Below are positions 25,558 to 35,196 of a stretch of DNA of 64,000 nt, one piece after another; the stretch's first letter is position 1, and each line of letters starts with the position of its first letter. Position numbers and translations under genes: made by a program. Below the pieces are notes generated by a model. The model ran no database searches. It worked only from the letters and a program-made list of their open reading frames with translations, and was not told the DNA's origin. The stretch covers positions 2,075 through 66,074 of the forward strand of contig JADFXT010000012.1 in assembly GCA_015233405.1 (NCBI GenBank), written 5' to 3'. The stretch is from Candidatus Omnitrophota bacterium. GTDB taxonomy: Bacteria; Omnitrophota; Gorgyraeia; Zapsychrales; Zapsychraceae.

Positions 25558-26886
25558 ATGGAAAATTGTGAACCAAAAAAAGAATTGATCCTTATTAATC
25601 CGGTTGCGAACGGCTGGACTATGGCAGTTTTTTTTGCTTTTTTCTTCCCGCGGTCTTTTCGGTCACCGATAGCTTTTCAGATTTTATCTGCACTCACTCC
25701 CAAAGATTATAAAATTAAAATTTATAATCGTAATCTTTTCTTGTTTAAGAAGAAAATTCCTAAAGGGTCTCTTATCGGCATAGCGTGTACAACCCTAAGC
25801 TCTTATAACGCGTATCAATTAGCTGATCATTATCGAAAAGCTGGCTGTTATGTGGTTATGGGGGGCGCACATGTTAGAGTTCTCCCTGAAGAAGCTCTTA
25901 ACCATTGCCATAGTGTTGTTATCGGGGAGGCAGAGTCGGTTTGGCCGGAGGTTATAAAAGATTTTGAAAATAAATCGTTAAAAAGAATTTATGAAGGAAA
26001 ACCCCTAGAGGATTTTTTCTCACCGGTTGAGGATTATTTTTTTAATATAGACCCCAAGATTCTTTGGTTTTCAGGCTTAAGTTTAAGTCGGGGGTGTAAA
26101 TATCGTTGTGATTTTTGTGCCTGCTTACCAAGTAAGCCGCGTTATTTGAGAATTGACCAAATTGTCAAAATGGTTAGTAGGATAAAAGAGTCGATAAAGT
26201 TTCCTTATTTGTTGAGCCTCTTTCCAATTTCATTTATGGAAGATAATATTTTTTCGAATCCCAAGAATGCCAAAGAGGTTTTTAAAGCGCTTATTCCGCT
26301 TAAAATAAAATGGATATCTATGAGTTCTCTTGATATTGCTTTTGACGACGAGGCTTTACGATTAGCCAAAGAAAGTGGATGCGTAGGTTTAGCCCTTGGG
26401 TTTGAAACAATACATCCCGAAAAGTATCAAAAATCTTCTTTGCCTGGCATAAGTTCTTCGGATGATTATATCAGAGCGATTAGAAACATAAGGTCTTATG
26501 GCATAAACGTTTTTGGGCTTTTTATGTTAGGATTTGATGATTATACCCATAAAGATTATTTTAAATTATGGCTTTTTATAATAAAAGCACATATTAAAAG
26601 CAGGATTTATTATGTTGCGCTAACGATTTTAATGCCTTTTCCTGGGACTCAGCTATTCAAGCGACTTCAAAGTGAAGGAAGAATCACCTCCTGCGATTGG
26701 CGTAAATATGATATGCTTTTTGGCGTAGTTTTTAAGCCTAAGAATACATCGAAATTTTCTTTGTTATTGTGGGCAAATATTTTAAGGGCTACGTCTTTTT
26801 TCTTGTCGCCTTTTATGCTAATATTTTTATTTTTCGGGGGGATCATATTTGTTCAGTTGTTATTGTTGCGTATGATGGGTGGATAA
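25558..26886 (+). CDS. B12-binding-domain radical SAM protein with a hydrophobic C-terminal tail
   Basis: CxxxCxxC as SRGCKYRCDFCAC. N-terminal Rossmann-like region with VVMGGAHV. C-terminal TM-like LIFLFFGGIIFVQLLLL. Confidence 0.8.
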   Translation: MENCEPKKELILINPVANGWTMAVFFAFFFPRSFRSPIAFQILSALTPKDYKIKIYNRNLFLFKKKIPKGSLIGIACTTLSSYNAYQLADHYRKAGCYVVMGGAHVRVLPEEALNHCHSVVIGEAESVWPEVIKDFENKSLKRIYEGKPLEDFFSPVEDYFFNIDPKILWFSGLSLSRGCKYRCDFCACLPSKPRYLRIDQIVKMVSRIKESIKFPYLLSLFPISFMEDNIFSNPKNAKEVFKALIPLKIKWISMSSLDIAFDDEALRLAKESGCVGLALGFETIHPEKYQKSSLPGISSSDDYIRAIRNIRSYGINVFGLFMLGFDDYTHKDYFKLWLFIIKAHIKSRIYYVALTILMPFPGTQLFKRLQSEGRITSCDWRKYDMLFGVVFKPKNTSKFSLLLWANILRATSFFLSPFMLIFLFFGGIIFVQLLLLRMMGG

Positions 26887-26916
26887 TCCAAGAGTTGATA
26901 TCAAGAGGAGTTCGAA

Positions 26917-27621
26917 ATGGATATAAACACTTTTCTTTTAGCTGTTAAGCCGGAATATTTTATTATTATTGGACTTTTGGGGATTATTTTGTGCGTCGGA
27001 TCGTTGTTGGTGATTCTTTATAAATATGTGCGTTGGGCGCTGAGTCTTTTGAGCCAAAATAAAAAATCTTTCCCCGGCATTGTTCGGGCTTTTTATGGCA
27101 TGGTTGGAATTCTTTTGACGGCGGCGATTTGTGGTTTGGTGATGTTCGTCGGGCTTTTTTTTACGGTTTATCATAATTTTTATTATGAAAAACCGGTCGC
27201 TGAGGTCATTGTTACTCCGACAACGAAGAAGCAGATCAGCCAAATCAAGTTGATAGAGATCAATAATGGGAAGAAGAAGTTCGTCGGGGACTATTTCATC
27301 CAGGGAAACCAATGGATGCTCGAAGGGGATATCCTTAAGCTTAAGTCTTGGATTCAGGCAATGGGACTCCATAACCGTTATCGTTTGACGCGTCTTCGCG
27401 GGCGATATCTTAATGCCCAAGATGAGGTGAAGAATACGGCAAGCGTTTATTCCTTAGAGGAAGAGCGGCATAACTTGTTTTGGAGATATCTTTATCGTTA
27501 CGGACAGAGGTTCCCCTGGATCAGCAGCGTCTACGGTAGCGCGGTTTTTCAAAATGCCGATACCGTAAACCATTTTTTTGTTTATATCGGCACGTCGGGA
27601 TTCACCGTTAAAGAAAATTAG
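26917..27621 (+). CDS. Hypothetical membrane protein (2 predicted TM helices + soluble domain)
   Basis: AGAGGAG RBS, two long hydrophobic helices, no recognised motif. The antisense ORF 26938-27420 is judged spurious. Confidence 0.55.
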   Translation: MDINTFLLAVKPEYFIIIGLLGIILCVGSLLVILYKYVRWALSLLSQNKKSFPGIVRAFYGMVGILLTAAICGLVMFVGLFFTVYHNFYYEKPVAEVIVTPTTKKQISQIKLIEINNGKKKFVGDYFIQGNQWMLEGDILKLKSWIQAMGLHNRYRLTRLRGRYLNAQDEVKNTASVYSLEEERHNLFWRYLYRYGQRFPWISSVYGSAVFQNADTVNHFFVYIGTSGFTVKEN

Positions 27622-27634
27622 GGAGGTCATTTTT

Positions 27635-28447
27635 ATGGGAAATCAACCAGAAGTTCCGGCGGATATTTATGATAAAAATTATTACCTGACGGATAATGAG
27701 GGGTTTAGAGAATATACCAAAGGGCTTGACCGGCAGATGCATTCTAAATATCAGCAAGCCCTTGAACTCGGAGCTCCAAAAGCCGGTGATATTGTTTTGG
27801 ATATTGGCTGCGGCCGGGCGGAGTTGGTTTATTATTGTGCCAAGCGCCAATGCAAAGCCTTAGGGATTGATTATAGTCAGGCAGCGATTGATATCGCGCA
27901 AGGGACATTAAAACAACTTCCGCCGGAATTACAGAAAATCGCCAGGGTCCAAGTTGCCGACGTTGTAAAGACACAGTTCCCGGACAAATATAATGTGGTT
28001 TTTATGATCGATATCGTCGAGCACATGTATGATTGGCAATTACAATCGGCGTTTGAGAAAATCAATGCAATTTTGGCCGAGGATGGCCGGCTGATCATTT
28101 CGACGCCAAATTATTATTATGAAAAATATCTGTCTCCATTAAAAAGGATGCTCGACATCCCGTTTCTTATGGTCAAGATCCCCTTAAGGGTTCTTCGAGG
28201 GAAATTTAAGCCGACAAGTTTTATAGAGGTTGTTAGGAAAATTTTCCGTGTCTGGCCGGATCGTGGAGCGACGGGAAAACAGATGCATGTTAATGTTATG
28301 ACCCCGGGAATTTTGCGAAAATATTTTAAAGATTTTGATGCGAAGGTTTATTGTCACGATCCTTCCGTGAATCCTCTGACTTTTTTATTGCGTAAATGGT
28401 GGGGACGAGAAATCGTTGTGATTGCCAGAAAAAGAAAGCCGCAATAA
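27635..28447 (+). CDS. Class I SAM-dependent methyltransferase
   Basis: Motif I VLDIGCGRAEL, post-I ALGIDYS, DGRLIISTPN. ATG 27635 follows GGGAGG. Confidence 0.8.
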   Translation: MGNQPEVPADIYDKNYYLTDNEGFREYTKGLDRQMHSKYQQALELGAPKAGDIVLDIGCGRAELVYYCAKRQCKALGIDYSQAAIDIAQGTLKQLPPELQKIARVQVADVVKTQFPDKYNVVFMIDIVEHMYDWQLQSAFEKINAILAEDGRLIISTPNYYYEKYLSPLKRMLDIPFLMVKIPLRVLRGKFKPTSFIEVVRKIFRVWPDRGATGKQMHVNVMTPGILRKYFKDFDAKVYCHDPSVNPLTFLLRKWWGREIVVIARKRKPQ

Positions 28448-28455
28448 ATCTGCCT

Positions 28456-28977
28456 TTAGTTGATGAGAACGCCCAGCACTCCAGCGCCGATAATAATAAA
28501 AGCCGGATGAATTTTGGCATATAAATATAAACCAAACGCGGCGATAATTAAAAGAACGTTTCTTAGATTTGCGATTTGGTTTAAGGAAACCGCTTCAAAG
28601 GCCACGGCGATGATAAGGGCAAAGACAACAACTTGAATAGCTTCAAAGGCGTGTTTTATCGGCGGAAGGTCTTTGTATTTTGTGTAGAGGAATGTTGCGC
28701 TTAATATTAAGATGACCGGTGCCAAAAGATTGCCGACGTTGGCGACAACCGCTCCGGGAATGCCTGCCATTTTATAGCCAATATAGGTCGCATATTTAAT
28801 AGAAATAGCGCCAGGGAAAACCTTGACGATCCCTAGGATTTCCAAAAATTCCGGTTTTGTTAGCCAATGATATTGCTCCACGGCATCTTTTTGGATGAGA
28901 GGAAGGAAAGAATACGCCCCGCCGAAAGCTAAGAATCCGATACGTAAGAATGAAACAAATAATTGCCAGAGAATCAT
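28456..28977 (-). CDS. Chromate-transporter (CHR) family protein, short single-domain form
   Basis: FLRIGFLAFGGAYSFLPLIQ..WLT..EFLEILGIVKVFPGAISIKYATYIGY matches the CHR family signature. Confidence 0.75.
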   Translation of the reverse strand: MILWQLFVSFLRIGFLAFGGAYSFLPLIQKDAVEQYHWLTKPEFLEILGIVKVFPGAISIKYATYIGYKMAGIPGAVVANVGNLLAPVILILSATFLYTKYKDLPPIKHAFEAIQVVVFALIIAVAFEAVSLNQIANLRNVLLIIAAFGLYLYAKIHPAFIIIGAGVLGVLIN

Positions 28978-29120
28978 AGAAGCGCTCCTTTTTAAGAAAA
29001 TTTTGAAGGATGAATTTATATTACAAGACGGGATGAATATTTCAAAGGTTATTCTTTGATTTTTGAGGAACCTGTGATAAATTAATGAAAAGTTAAGAGG
29101 AAAGAAAGGATTTTTAGAAG

Positions 29121-29552
29121 ATGGAATGTCTTTTTAATAAGATATTTAAAAAGAATAATAATATTAAAAACAATGGAAAGGTTGTCCTTGTCGTTGAGGA
29201 TAATGAGGTTGACCGTTCTTTGATTCAAAAGACCCTTCAAAAGGAAGGATACAAGGTTATTTTGGCGGAGAATGGGGCCGTAGGGCTTAAAATGGCCGCA
29301 GAATGTAAGCCGAACCTCGTTCTTTTGGATTGCGAAATGCCGGTCATGGACGGTCAAGAAATGTGCCGAAGAATCAAGGAAGACGATGTGCTATGCAACA
29401 TCCCCGTTTTATTTCTAACCGGTCTTAACACGCCGAGAAATATTGTAGAATGTTTTGACCTGGATGCGGAAAATTTTCTTTCCAAACCCGTTAACCCCAA
29501 GATCCTGGCTTCGCATATCCGGACTGTTTTAGAGGACGCCCAAAGCAAATAA
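29121..29552 (+). CDS. Single-domain response regulator (CheY-like receiver)
   Basis: [34 protein letters not shown]. Confidence 0.8.
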   Translation: MECLFNKIFKKNNNIKNNGKVVLVVEDNEVDRSLIQKTLQKEGYKVILAENGAVGLKMAAECKPNLVLLDCEMPVMDGQEMCRRIKEDDVLCNIPVLFLTGLNTPRNIVECFDLDAENFLSKPVNPKILASHIRTVLEDAQSK

Positions 29553-29562
29553 AGGAAAAATC

Positions 29563-30837
29563 ATGTTTGATATAAAACTTATAAGAGAAAATAGGCTGTT
29601 TGTTGAAGAAGGATTAAAGAAAAAAAATGTGCGTATTTCTTTGGATGAAATCATTGAGCAGGATAAAAAACGCAAGGAGTTGTCCGTAAAAGTAGATGAG
29701 CTCCGTGCGCAGAAAAATGCTGCCAATGATGAAATCGCTTTATTGATCAAAGAAAAGAAAGATCCTAAGGAAAAAATCGCATCCATGAAAAGTATTGCTG
29801 TCCAGATTGATGAGCTAGAGCCGCAAGTCAAGGACTTGGACGAGAAGATCAATAAGCTGCTTTTGTATATTCCTAATCTTCCCAATGAATCCGTTCCCGT
29901 CGGAAGCCCTGAGCATAACAGGATTGAGCGTGTCTGGGGTGAGCCTAAGAAGTTTTCTTTTAAGGCGAAGGACCATATGGAGATCGCAGAGCGGCTGGAC
30001 ATCATTGATTTTAAACGCGCGACCAAAATCACGGGTTCTCACTTTATCCTATTTAAGAAACAAGGGGCTTTATTGGAGCGGGCGCTGATTAATTTTATGC
30101 TGGATTTGCATACCAGAGAACATGGATATACCGAGATTTTCCCGCCGATCTTGGTCAATCGTGATTCCATGACCGGAACCGGGCAGCTGCCTAAGATGGA
30201 AGAGGACATGTACCGGCTTAAAGATGACGATTTATTTTTAATTCCGACGGCAGAGGTGCCGGTGACAAATATTCATCGTGATGAGATCCTGAATGAAGAA
30301 GACCTTCCGATTTATTATACGGCCTATACGCCTTGTTTCCGTCGGGAAGCTGGGTCTTACGGCAAAGACACCAAAGGGCTGGTGCGTGTTCATGAATTTG
30401 ATAAAGTTGAGATGGTCAAGTTTGTCAATCCCAAGACGTCTTATGATGAACTTGAAAAATTGGTCGCCAATGCCGAAAAGGTTTTTCAGCTTTTGGAATT
30501 GCCTTACCGTGTGGTGACTTTGGCCTCCGGAGATTTAAGTTTTGCTGCAAGCAAGTGTTATGATATTGAAGTGTATGCCCCTGGACTGGAAAAATGGCTG
30601 GAGACTTCCAGTTGTTCGAACTTCGAAGATTTTCAAGCGCGGCGCTCCAATATCCGGTTTAAGGGCAAAGAAACCAAAAAGCCGACGTTGATTCATACGC
30701 TAAACGGTTCAGGCGTGGCGTTAGCCAGGACGGTGGTTGCTATTTTAGAAAATTATCAAAATGCTGCGGGAGATGTGGTTATTCCGAAGGTTTTAAGGCC
30801 CTATATGAACGGGATGGAAATCATCGCAAAGAAATAG
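29563..30837 (+). CDS. serS: Seryl-tRNA synthetase
   Basis: N-terminal coiled-coil arm. Class II motifs ([39 protein letters not shown]). 424 aa. Confidence 0.95.
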   Translation: MFDIKLIRENRLFVEEGLKKKNVRISLDEIIEQDKKRKELSVKVDELRAQKNAANDEIALLIKEKKDPKEKIASMKSIAVQIDELEPQVKDLDEKINKLLLYIPNLPNESVPVGSPEHNRIERVWGEPKKFSFKAKDHMEIAERLDIIDFKRATKITGSHFILFKKQGALLERALINFMLDLHTREHGYTEIFPPILVNRDSMTGTGQLPKMEEDMYRLKDDDLFLIPTAEVPVTNIHRDEILNEEDLPIYYTAYTPCFRREAGSYGKDTKGLVRVHEFDKVEMVKFVNPKTSYDELEKLVANAEKVFQLLELPYRVVTLASGDLSFAASKCYDIEVYAPGLEKWLETSSCSNFEDFQARRSNIRFKGKETKKPTLIHTLNGSGVALARTVVAILENYQNAAGDVVIPKVLRPYMNGMEIIAKK

Positions 30838-30854
30838 AAAAAAGGAGAAAAGCC

Positions 30855-31466
30855 GTGGGAACTGTCTTATTAACAATTATTAAAACGATTTTTTCTGTAT
30901 TTTTCTTGCCCTTTGTTGTCGCCTGTGTTTTGGTGTTCAAAGCCCATCTTGCTACCTATCCTCCGGCGTATCAATTGTTTTTCTTCTGGGGCATTATATC
31001 GTTTATTTTAATATTCTTGTTCTTTATGTCGTTAGATAAAATTTTTGAATTCAGCCATAAAATTATCCAGGCCATTTTTAAGTTTACGGCGCCTTTTGAT
31101 ATCTTTTTCGCCAATATTCTTTCGCTTTATTTACTTGTTCTTTTAGGGGTATTTTATTTTTTCAGCACGTACAAAGGGACGGCCAATTACAACCACATCT
31201 TTATGTTTCTAATTGGTTTTTTCTTCGCTTTGCACATTGTCTCTTTATCGCAAGGCTTAAAAGATAGTTTAAAAATTTTTGCCCGGTTTTCTTACTTATT
31301 CTGGGCGGGCCTGGCATTTATTTTAAACATCCTTTTGATCGTTTTCGTCCTCGATAAAATTCTCGGGCAAAACTTATTCCCAAAATTTTTCTCATCGCTT
31401 ATGGCCACCACTGGCCACGCCTATCATTTTTTCTTTAAGAAAATATTCTTTCTAAAATTTAAATAG
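30855..31466 (+). CDS. Hypothetical polytopic membrane protein
   Basis: GTG start after AAGGAG. About 6 hydrophobic helices. No recognised motif. Confidence 0.5.
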   Translation: MGTVLLTIIKTIFSVFFLPFVVACVLVFKAHLATYPPAYQLFFFWGIISFILIFLFFMSLDKIFEFSHKIIQAIFKFTAPFDIFFANILSLYLLVLLGVFYFFSTYKGTANYNHIFMFLIGFFFALHIVSLSQGLKDSLKIFARFSYLFWAGLAFILNILLIVFVLDKILGQNLFPKFFSSLMATTGHAYHFFFKKIFFLKFK

Positions 31467-31506
31467 TCTTGGGAAGGCCGCCTACAGAAAGAGCGATTGA
31501 GCATAA

Positions 31507-31535
31507 TTGACAGCATAAGTTTTTGATGATAATAT
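31507..31535 (+). promoter_or_regulatory. Candidate sigma70 promoter for tRNA-Ser(UGA)
   Basis: TTGACA (31507-31512), 17-nt spacer, TAATAT (31530-31535), 30 nt upstream of the tRNA. Confidence 0.5.
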
Positions 31536-31564
31536 TTGAGCCTTAATTAGGAATGTTTTTTTAA

Positions 31565-31651
31565 GGAGAGGTGGCAGAGCGGTTGAATGCGGCGGTCTTG
31601 AAAACCGTTGTGGACGCAAGTCCATCCTGAGTTCGAATCTCAGCCTCTCCG
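31565..31651 (+). tRNA. tRNA-Ser (anticodon UGA)
   Basis: Acceptor GGAGAGG/CCTCTCC, anticodon loop CTTGAAA, long variable arm TGGAC-GCAA-GTCCA, T arm CTGAG TTCGAAT CTCAG. 87 nt. Confidence 0.9.
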
Positions 31652-31816
31652 TTGATTTGAATCGGATTGCTGCCTACGAGGAGAAATGAGTTCTCCCGTA
31701 ATTCCTACAAAAAATATTTTAGAAAAGGAATACGGGACCCCGCCAAAGGCGGGGGAATCTCAGCCTCTCCGTTGATTTGAAACGGGTTGCTGCCTACGAA
31801 GAGAAATGAGTTCTCC
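31635..31816 (+). repeat. 62-bp direct repeat (period 120 bp) duplicating the tRNA-Ser(UGA) 3' end plus downstream sequence
   Basis: 31635-31696 versus 31755-31816: gaatctcagcctctccgttgatttga..ttgctgcctacga.gagaaatgagttctcc, with 3 mismatches. Confidence 0.9.
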
Positions 31817-33041
31817 TAAAATTTTTACCGGAAATCAGCTTATGTTATTAAAAAAAATAAAAATTATTTTCATCTTTGTTTCCATTGTCGTTATGGCAAG
31901 CAGTTTCTGTTATGCCGCAGAAGAAGTCCGCGATGGAATGGTCGAGGATTTTTATCCTAATGGCGCCGTGAATGCGCAGCGAACATATAAACAAGGGAAA
32001 CAAGAAGGCCTGACAAAGACTTTTTATGAGTCCGGAGCTTTAATGAGCGAAGGCAATTATGTCAACGACGCCTTAGACGGTATTTATAAATCTTATTACG
32101 AAAACGGAAAGCCTTATCTGGAAAAGACTTTTCATAATGATGTTCTCGAAGGCCCGGCCAAGGAATTTTATCAATCAGGCCAGTTAAAAAGCCTTGAGAA
32201 TTATACCAACGACCAGTTAAACGGAGAATGCCGGTATTATTTTGAAGACGGGAAATTAAAGTTTGTCATGAATTATGTTCAAGGAATTCTTTCCGGCCCG
32301 AGCCAGGAATATTATCCTAATGGCAATATTAAAAGCGAAGTCAATTATGTTAATGGGAAATGGAACGGGTTGATTAAAGAATATGACCAGCAAGGCCGCT
32401 TGGAACATGAGTGGAATTATCTGAATGGCATTCGCGAAGGCAAATCCAAGATCTATTATCCTGAAGGTCAGGTGAAATGGGAGGCGGATTTTAAGAATGA
32501 TGAGATCGAAGGGATAAGCAGGGCCTATTCGCCTGCCGGCAAAGAGATTTTGGATGCCAAGTTTAAAAATGGAAAACTCAACGGAGATGTCCAAGAGCGT
32601 TATGAAAACAGTGTTATAAAAAGTATTACGGAATACCGGGATGATTTAAAGAATGGGTCGATGAAAGAGTTCTTTCCCGACGGGACAATTAGTGTTGAAA
32701 AAGAATATAAAGACGGCAAAGAGATCGGTGAATCCAAGGAATATTATGATGATGGGAAAGTGTGGCTTGTCAGAACGCGTTTGAATGACGGCAAAAACGG
32801 TACGTTAAAAGAGTATTACCGCTCCGGGGGGATTCGGCAAGAATGGGATGTCAAAGATGGCCTTTTGGATGGGGCGAGCAAGAGTTATTACAAGACCGGC
32901 GAGCTGATGAGCGAAGAGTCTTATATAAAGGGGAAGCGGGAGGGCGTTTTTCGGTTTTATAACCGGGATAAGACCGCTTCTTACGAAGAAACATATAAAG
33001 ACGATGTGAAGGTTGATCATAAAATTCTTAAAGGATTGTAA
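31806..33041 (+). CDS. MORN-repeat-variant (YwqK-family-like) secreted repeat protein
   Basis: More than 12 copies of a roughly 23-aa Y(Y/F)xxGxxxxExxYxxGxxxG repeat. The signal peptide begins at the alternative start 31842 (MLLKKIKIIFIFVSIVVMASSFCYA). Confidence 0.75.
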   Translation: MSSPKIFTGNQLMLLKKIKIIFIFVSIVVMASSFCYAAEEVRDGMVEDFYPNGAVNAQRTYKQGKQEGLTKTFYESGALMSEGNYVNDALDGIYKSYYENGKPYLEKTFHNDVLEGPAKEFYQSGQLKSLENYTNDQLNGECRYYFEDGKLKFVMNYVQGILSGPSQEYYPNGNIKSEVNYVNGKWNGLIKEYDQQGRLEHEWNYLNGIREGKSKIYYPEGQVKWEADFKNDEIEGISRAYSPAGKEILDAKFKNGKLNGDVQERYENSVIKSITEYRDDLKNGSMKEFFPDGTISVEKEYKDGKEIGESKEYYDDGKVWLVRTRLNDGKNGTLKEYYRSGGIRQEWDVKDGLLDGASKSYYKTGELMSEESYIKGKREGVFRFYNRDKTASYEETYKDDVKVDHKILKGL

Positions 33042-33164
33042 TCTGCAATAGCTGCTTTTTGCTTATAGATAATAAGTCAACTTATTGATTGGCAAGACTT
33101 TAAAAATCATGTAAGATATCAATTCAAATATGGGATTTGTTCAATAAAAATTTAAGCGCTAACC

Positions 33165-34646
33165 ATGCCAACGACCTCTATGAAAAAAATTAAAAACTTC
33201 GTCGCAAGCTCCATTGAAAATGCTTCCGTCTTTCGCAAATTCACGGTTTTCTTTTTGATCATGTCGTTTATCCCTACCTGCGTTTTGTATTATCTTTATA
33301 TTCAAATGAAGAATTATGGTTCTGTTCAGTTGACAGAGGCCAATTTCAATATGACGCTTACGATCGTCGTGATTGGGGTTATTATTGGATATTTTGCCAT
33401 GCGCGCTGTTATTAAACAGCTCATGGAGATAACCCAGAGAAATACGCAAGCGTTAAAAACGATTTTAAGCACGGAAGATATTAAAGAAATTGGCAAAGGC
33501 GACAATGAGATCGCTGTTTTGGCGCAGTCTTTTTCTGTCATTACGGATAGGCTTGAAGAAAATCTAAAGAGCCTGGAAAGAACAAAAAATACGTTACATA
33601 CCGTCATGGCAAAAGTCGCGCAAGGCATTACGAGTATGCGCAACATTGATACCTTTTTGCAGCTTATTTTGGAGACCGCCACAGAAGCTTTAGGCGGGAA
33701 TGTTGGTGTTTTAATGATCTGGGATGGGGTAAATAATGATTTGCAGGTTAAAAGTATTTATGGAATTCCCTCCTCACCAGAAAAAAACAATATTAAGATT
33801 AAAGTTCGTGAAAATACGACTCTACAGATGGTTTTGTCGTCGAAGCAGCCGTTAATTATCCCCATTGGGGGAAGAGCGCAGGGAGAAATAAAGAATCATG
33901 ACCTTTTCAATGCGCCGCTTTTGTGTTCACCGTTGATCGTTCATGATAATTTGGTCGGGATCATTTCGATTAGCGGAAAGAAAACAGGGGGGGATTTTAA
34001 TAACGATGAAATGAATTTGCTTCTTAATATTGCGTCTCAGACGGCCGTTGCCATTGAAAATTCCAAACTCAATCAGGATATTGAAAAAACTTATTTCGAA
34101 ACGATTTCTGCTTTGGCTATGGCCGTTGATGCCAAAGATAAATATTCCCGTGGACATTCGGATCGAGTTGCGGAATATAGCGTAAGTATCGGCAAGAAGC
34201 TCGGATTAGAGGAAGAAGAGATTGTCACTCTTCGCGATGCCGCGAAGTTGCATGATATAGGGAAAATAGGGATTATCGACGATCTTTTATCTCGGCCTGG
34301 TCCTTTGAATGATGAAGAATGGATTTTGATGCGCAAGCATCCGGAGATCGGCGAGAGCATCATTAAGCCTATCACGTCGTTAAGGCATTTATGCGATATC
34401 ATTCGCCATCACCATGAGAAAATAGATGGAACTGGCTATCCGGATGGACTTAAGGGAAATGAGATCAGTGCGTTGGTCCGTATTGCAACCGTAGCGGATA
34501 TTTATGACGCTTTAACGACAGACCGATCTTACCGGGTCAAATTTTCTAGAGATAACACTTATGATATGATGAAGAAAATGAAAGACCAGATCGACCAGGA
34601 TATTGTCGACGTTTTATTCGAAATTGTAGACGAAGATCAAAAATAA
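33165..34646 (+). CDS. Membrane-anchored HAMP-like + GAF + HD-GYP domain protein
   Basis: Two N-terminal TM helices. KLHDIGKIGI, HHHEKIDGTGYPDGL, RGHSDRV. Confidence 0.85.
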   Translation: MPTTSMKKIKNFVASSIENASVFRKFTVFFLIMSFIPTCVLYYLYIQMKNYGSVQLTEANFNMTLTIVVIGVIIGYFAMRAVIKQLMEITQRNTQALKTILSTEDIKEIGKGDNEIAVLAQSFSVITDRLEENLKSLERTKNTLHTVMAKVAQGITSMRNIDTFLQLILETATEALGGNVGVLMIWDGVNNDLQVKSIYGIPSSPEKNNIKIKVRENTTLQMVLSSKQPLIIPIGGRAQGEIKNHDLFNAPLLCSPLIVHDNLVGIISISGKKTGGDFNNDEMNLLLNIASQTAVAIENSKLNQDIEKTYFETISALAMAVDAKDKYSRGHSDRVAEYSVSIGKKLGLEEEEIVTLRDAAKLHDIGKIGIIDDLLSRPGPLNDEEWILMRKHPEIGESIIKPITSLRHLCDIIRHHHEKIDGTGYPDGLKGNEISALVRIATVADIYDALTTDRSYRVKFSRDNTYDMMKKMKDQIDQDIVDVLFEIVDEDQK

Positions 34647-34780
34647 GCCCGCCTTGCTTTTACACCCGCGATTTTATCCATAACAAATAGTTTTTCCAAT
34701 ATCCTTTCTTGTTTATGACGAGAATGGTTGTTATTTTGACTGGGTTGATAATAAGGAAGGTGGTTGCTGCAAAGATTTCA

Positions 34781-34793
34781 GGAGAGGTGGCCG
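34781..34793 (+). other. 13-nt fragment identical to a tRNA-Ser 5' end
   Basis: ggagaggtggccg, the same as the first 9-13 nt of the tRNA-Ser genes in this window. Confidence 0.4.
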
Positions 34794-34872
34794 TTTTTCT
34801 GAATATCAATTAAGGAAACAGCACAACTTTCTCCTTTTTTCTATAGAATTGATTAGATGCTTTTGTGGTAAA

Positions 34873-34893
34873 GGAGAGGTGGCTGAGTGGTTG
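34873..34893 (+). other. 21-nt tRNA-Ser 5' half fragment (acceptor + D arm)
   Basis: ggagaggtggctgagtggttg matches the ggagaggtgNctgagtggttg shared by the CGA and GGA tRNA-Ser genes. It then diverges into the palindrome gttggccaac. Confidence 0.6.
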
Positions 34894-34989
34894 GCCAACT
34901 TCTCTGATTCCTCAAAGGATGTTGGCACAGTCTGAATTACATTTGCGTTGTTGAAAGAGGTTGTTCAGTAATAATCCAAAAAATTTGTT

Positions 34990-35076
34990 GGAGAGGTGTC
35001 TGAGTGGTTGAAGGTAGCGCTCTCGAAAAGCGTTGTGGGCGCAAGTCCACCGAGGGTTCGAATCCCTCCCTCTCCG
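34990..35076 (+). tRNA. tRNA-Ser (anticodon CGA)
   Basis: Acceptor GGAGAGG/CCTCTCC, anticodon loop CTCGAAA, long variable arm with a GCAA loop, T arm GAGGG TTCGAAT CCCTC. 87 nt. Confidence 0.9.
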
Positions 35077-35196
35077 TTAAATTTTGAAGTTTCTCGATCG
35101 GTAGCGTGATAGGAAAATCTATGCGAAGGATGGGCTGCTCTATTTAGATTGTCAAGAATCCTCTCCGTTAGAGTAACCAGTCACAGGTGTTTTTAA

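Noticed and set aside
28456-28977. Chromate-resistance determinant.
   Set aside because: Only one short CHR-family gene is present, without the usual paired second half or chrB/chrR. The family assignment is kept but no resistance function is claimed.
31565-35076. Treating the whole tRNA-Ser(UGA)-to-tRNA-Ser(CGA) segment as a defined genomic island.
   Set aside because: It contains no integrase or mobility gene. The only evidence is the tRNA-fragment scars, so these are reported as observations rather than as a mobile-element feature.
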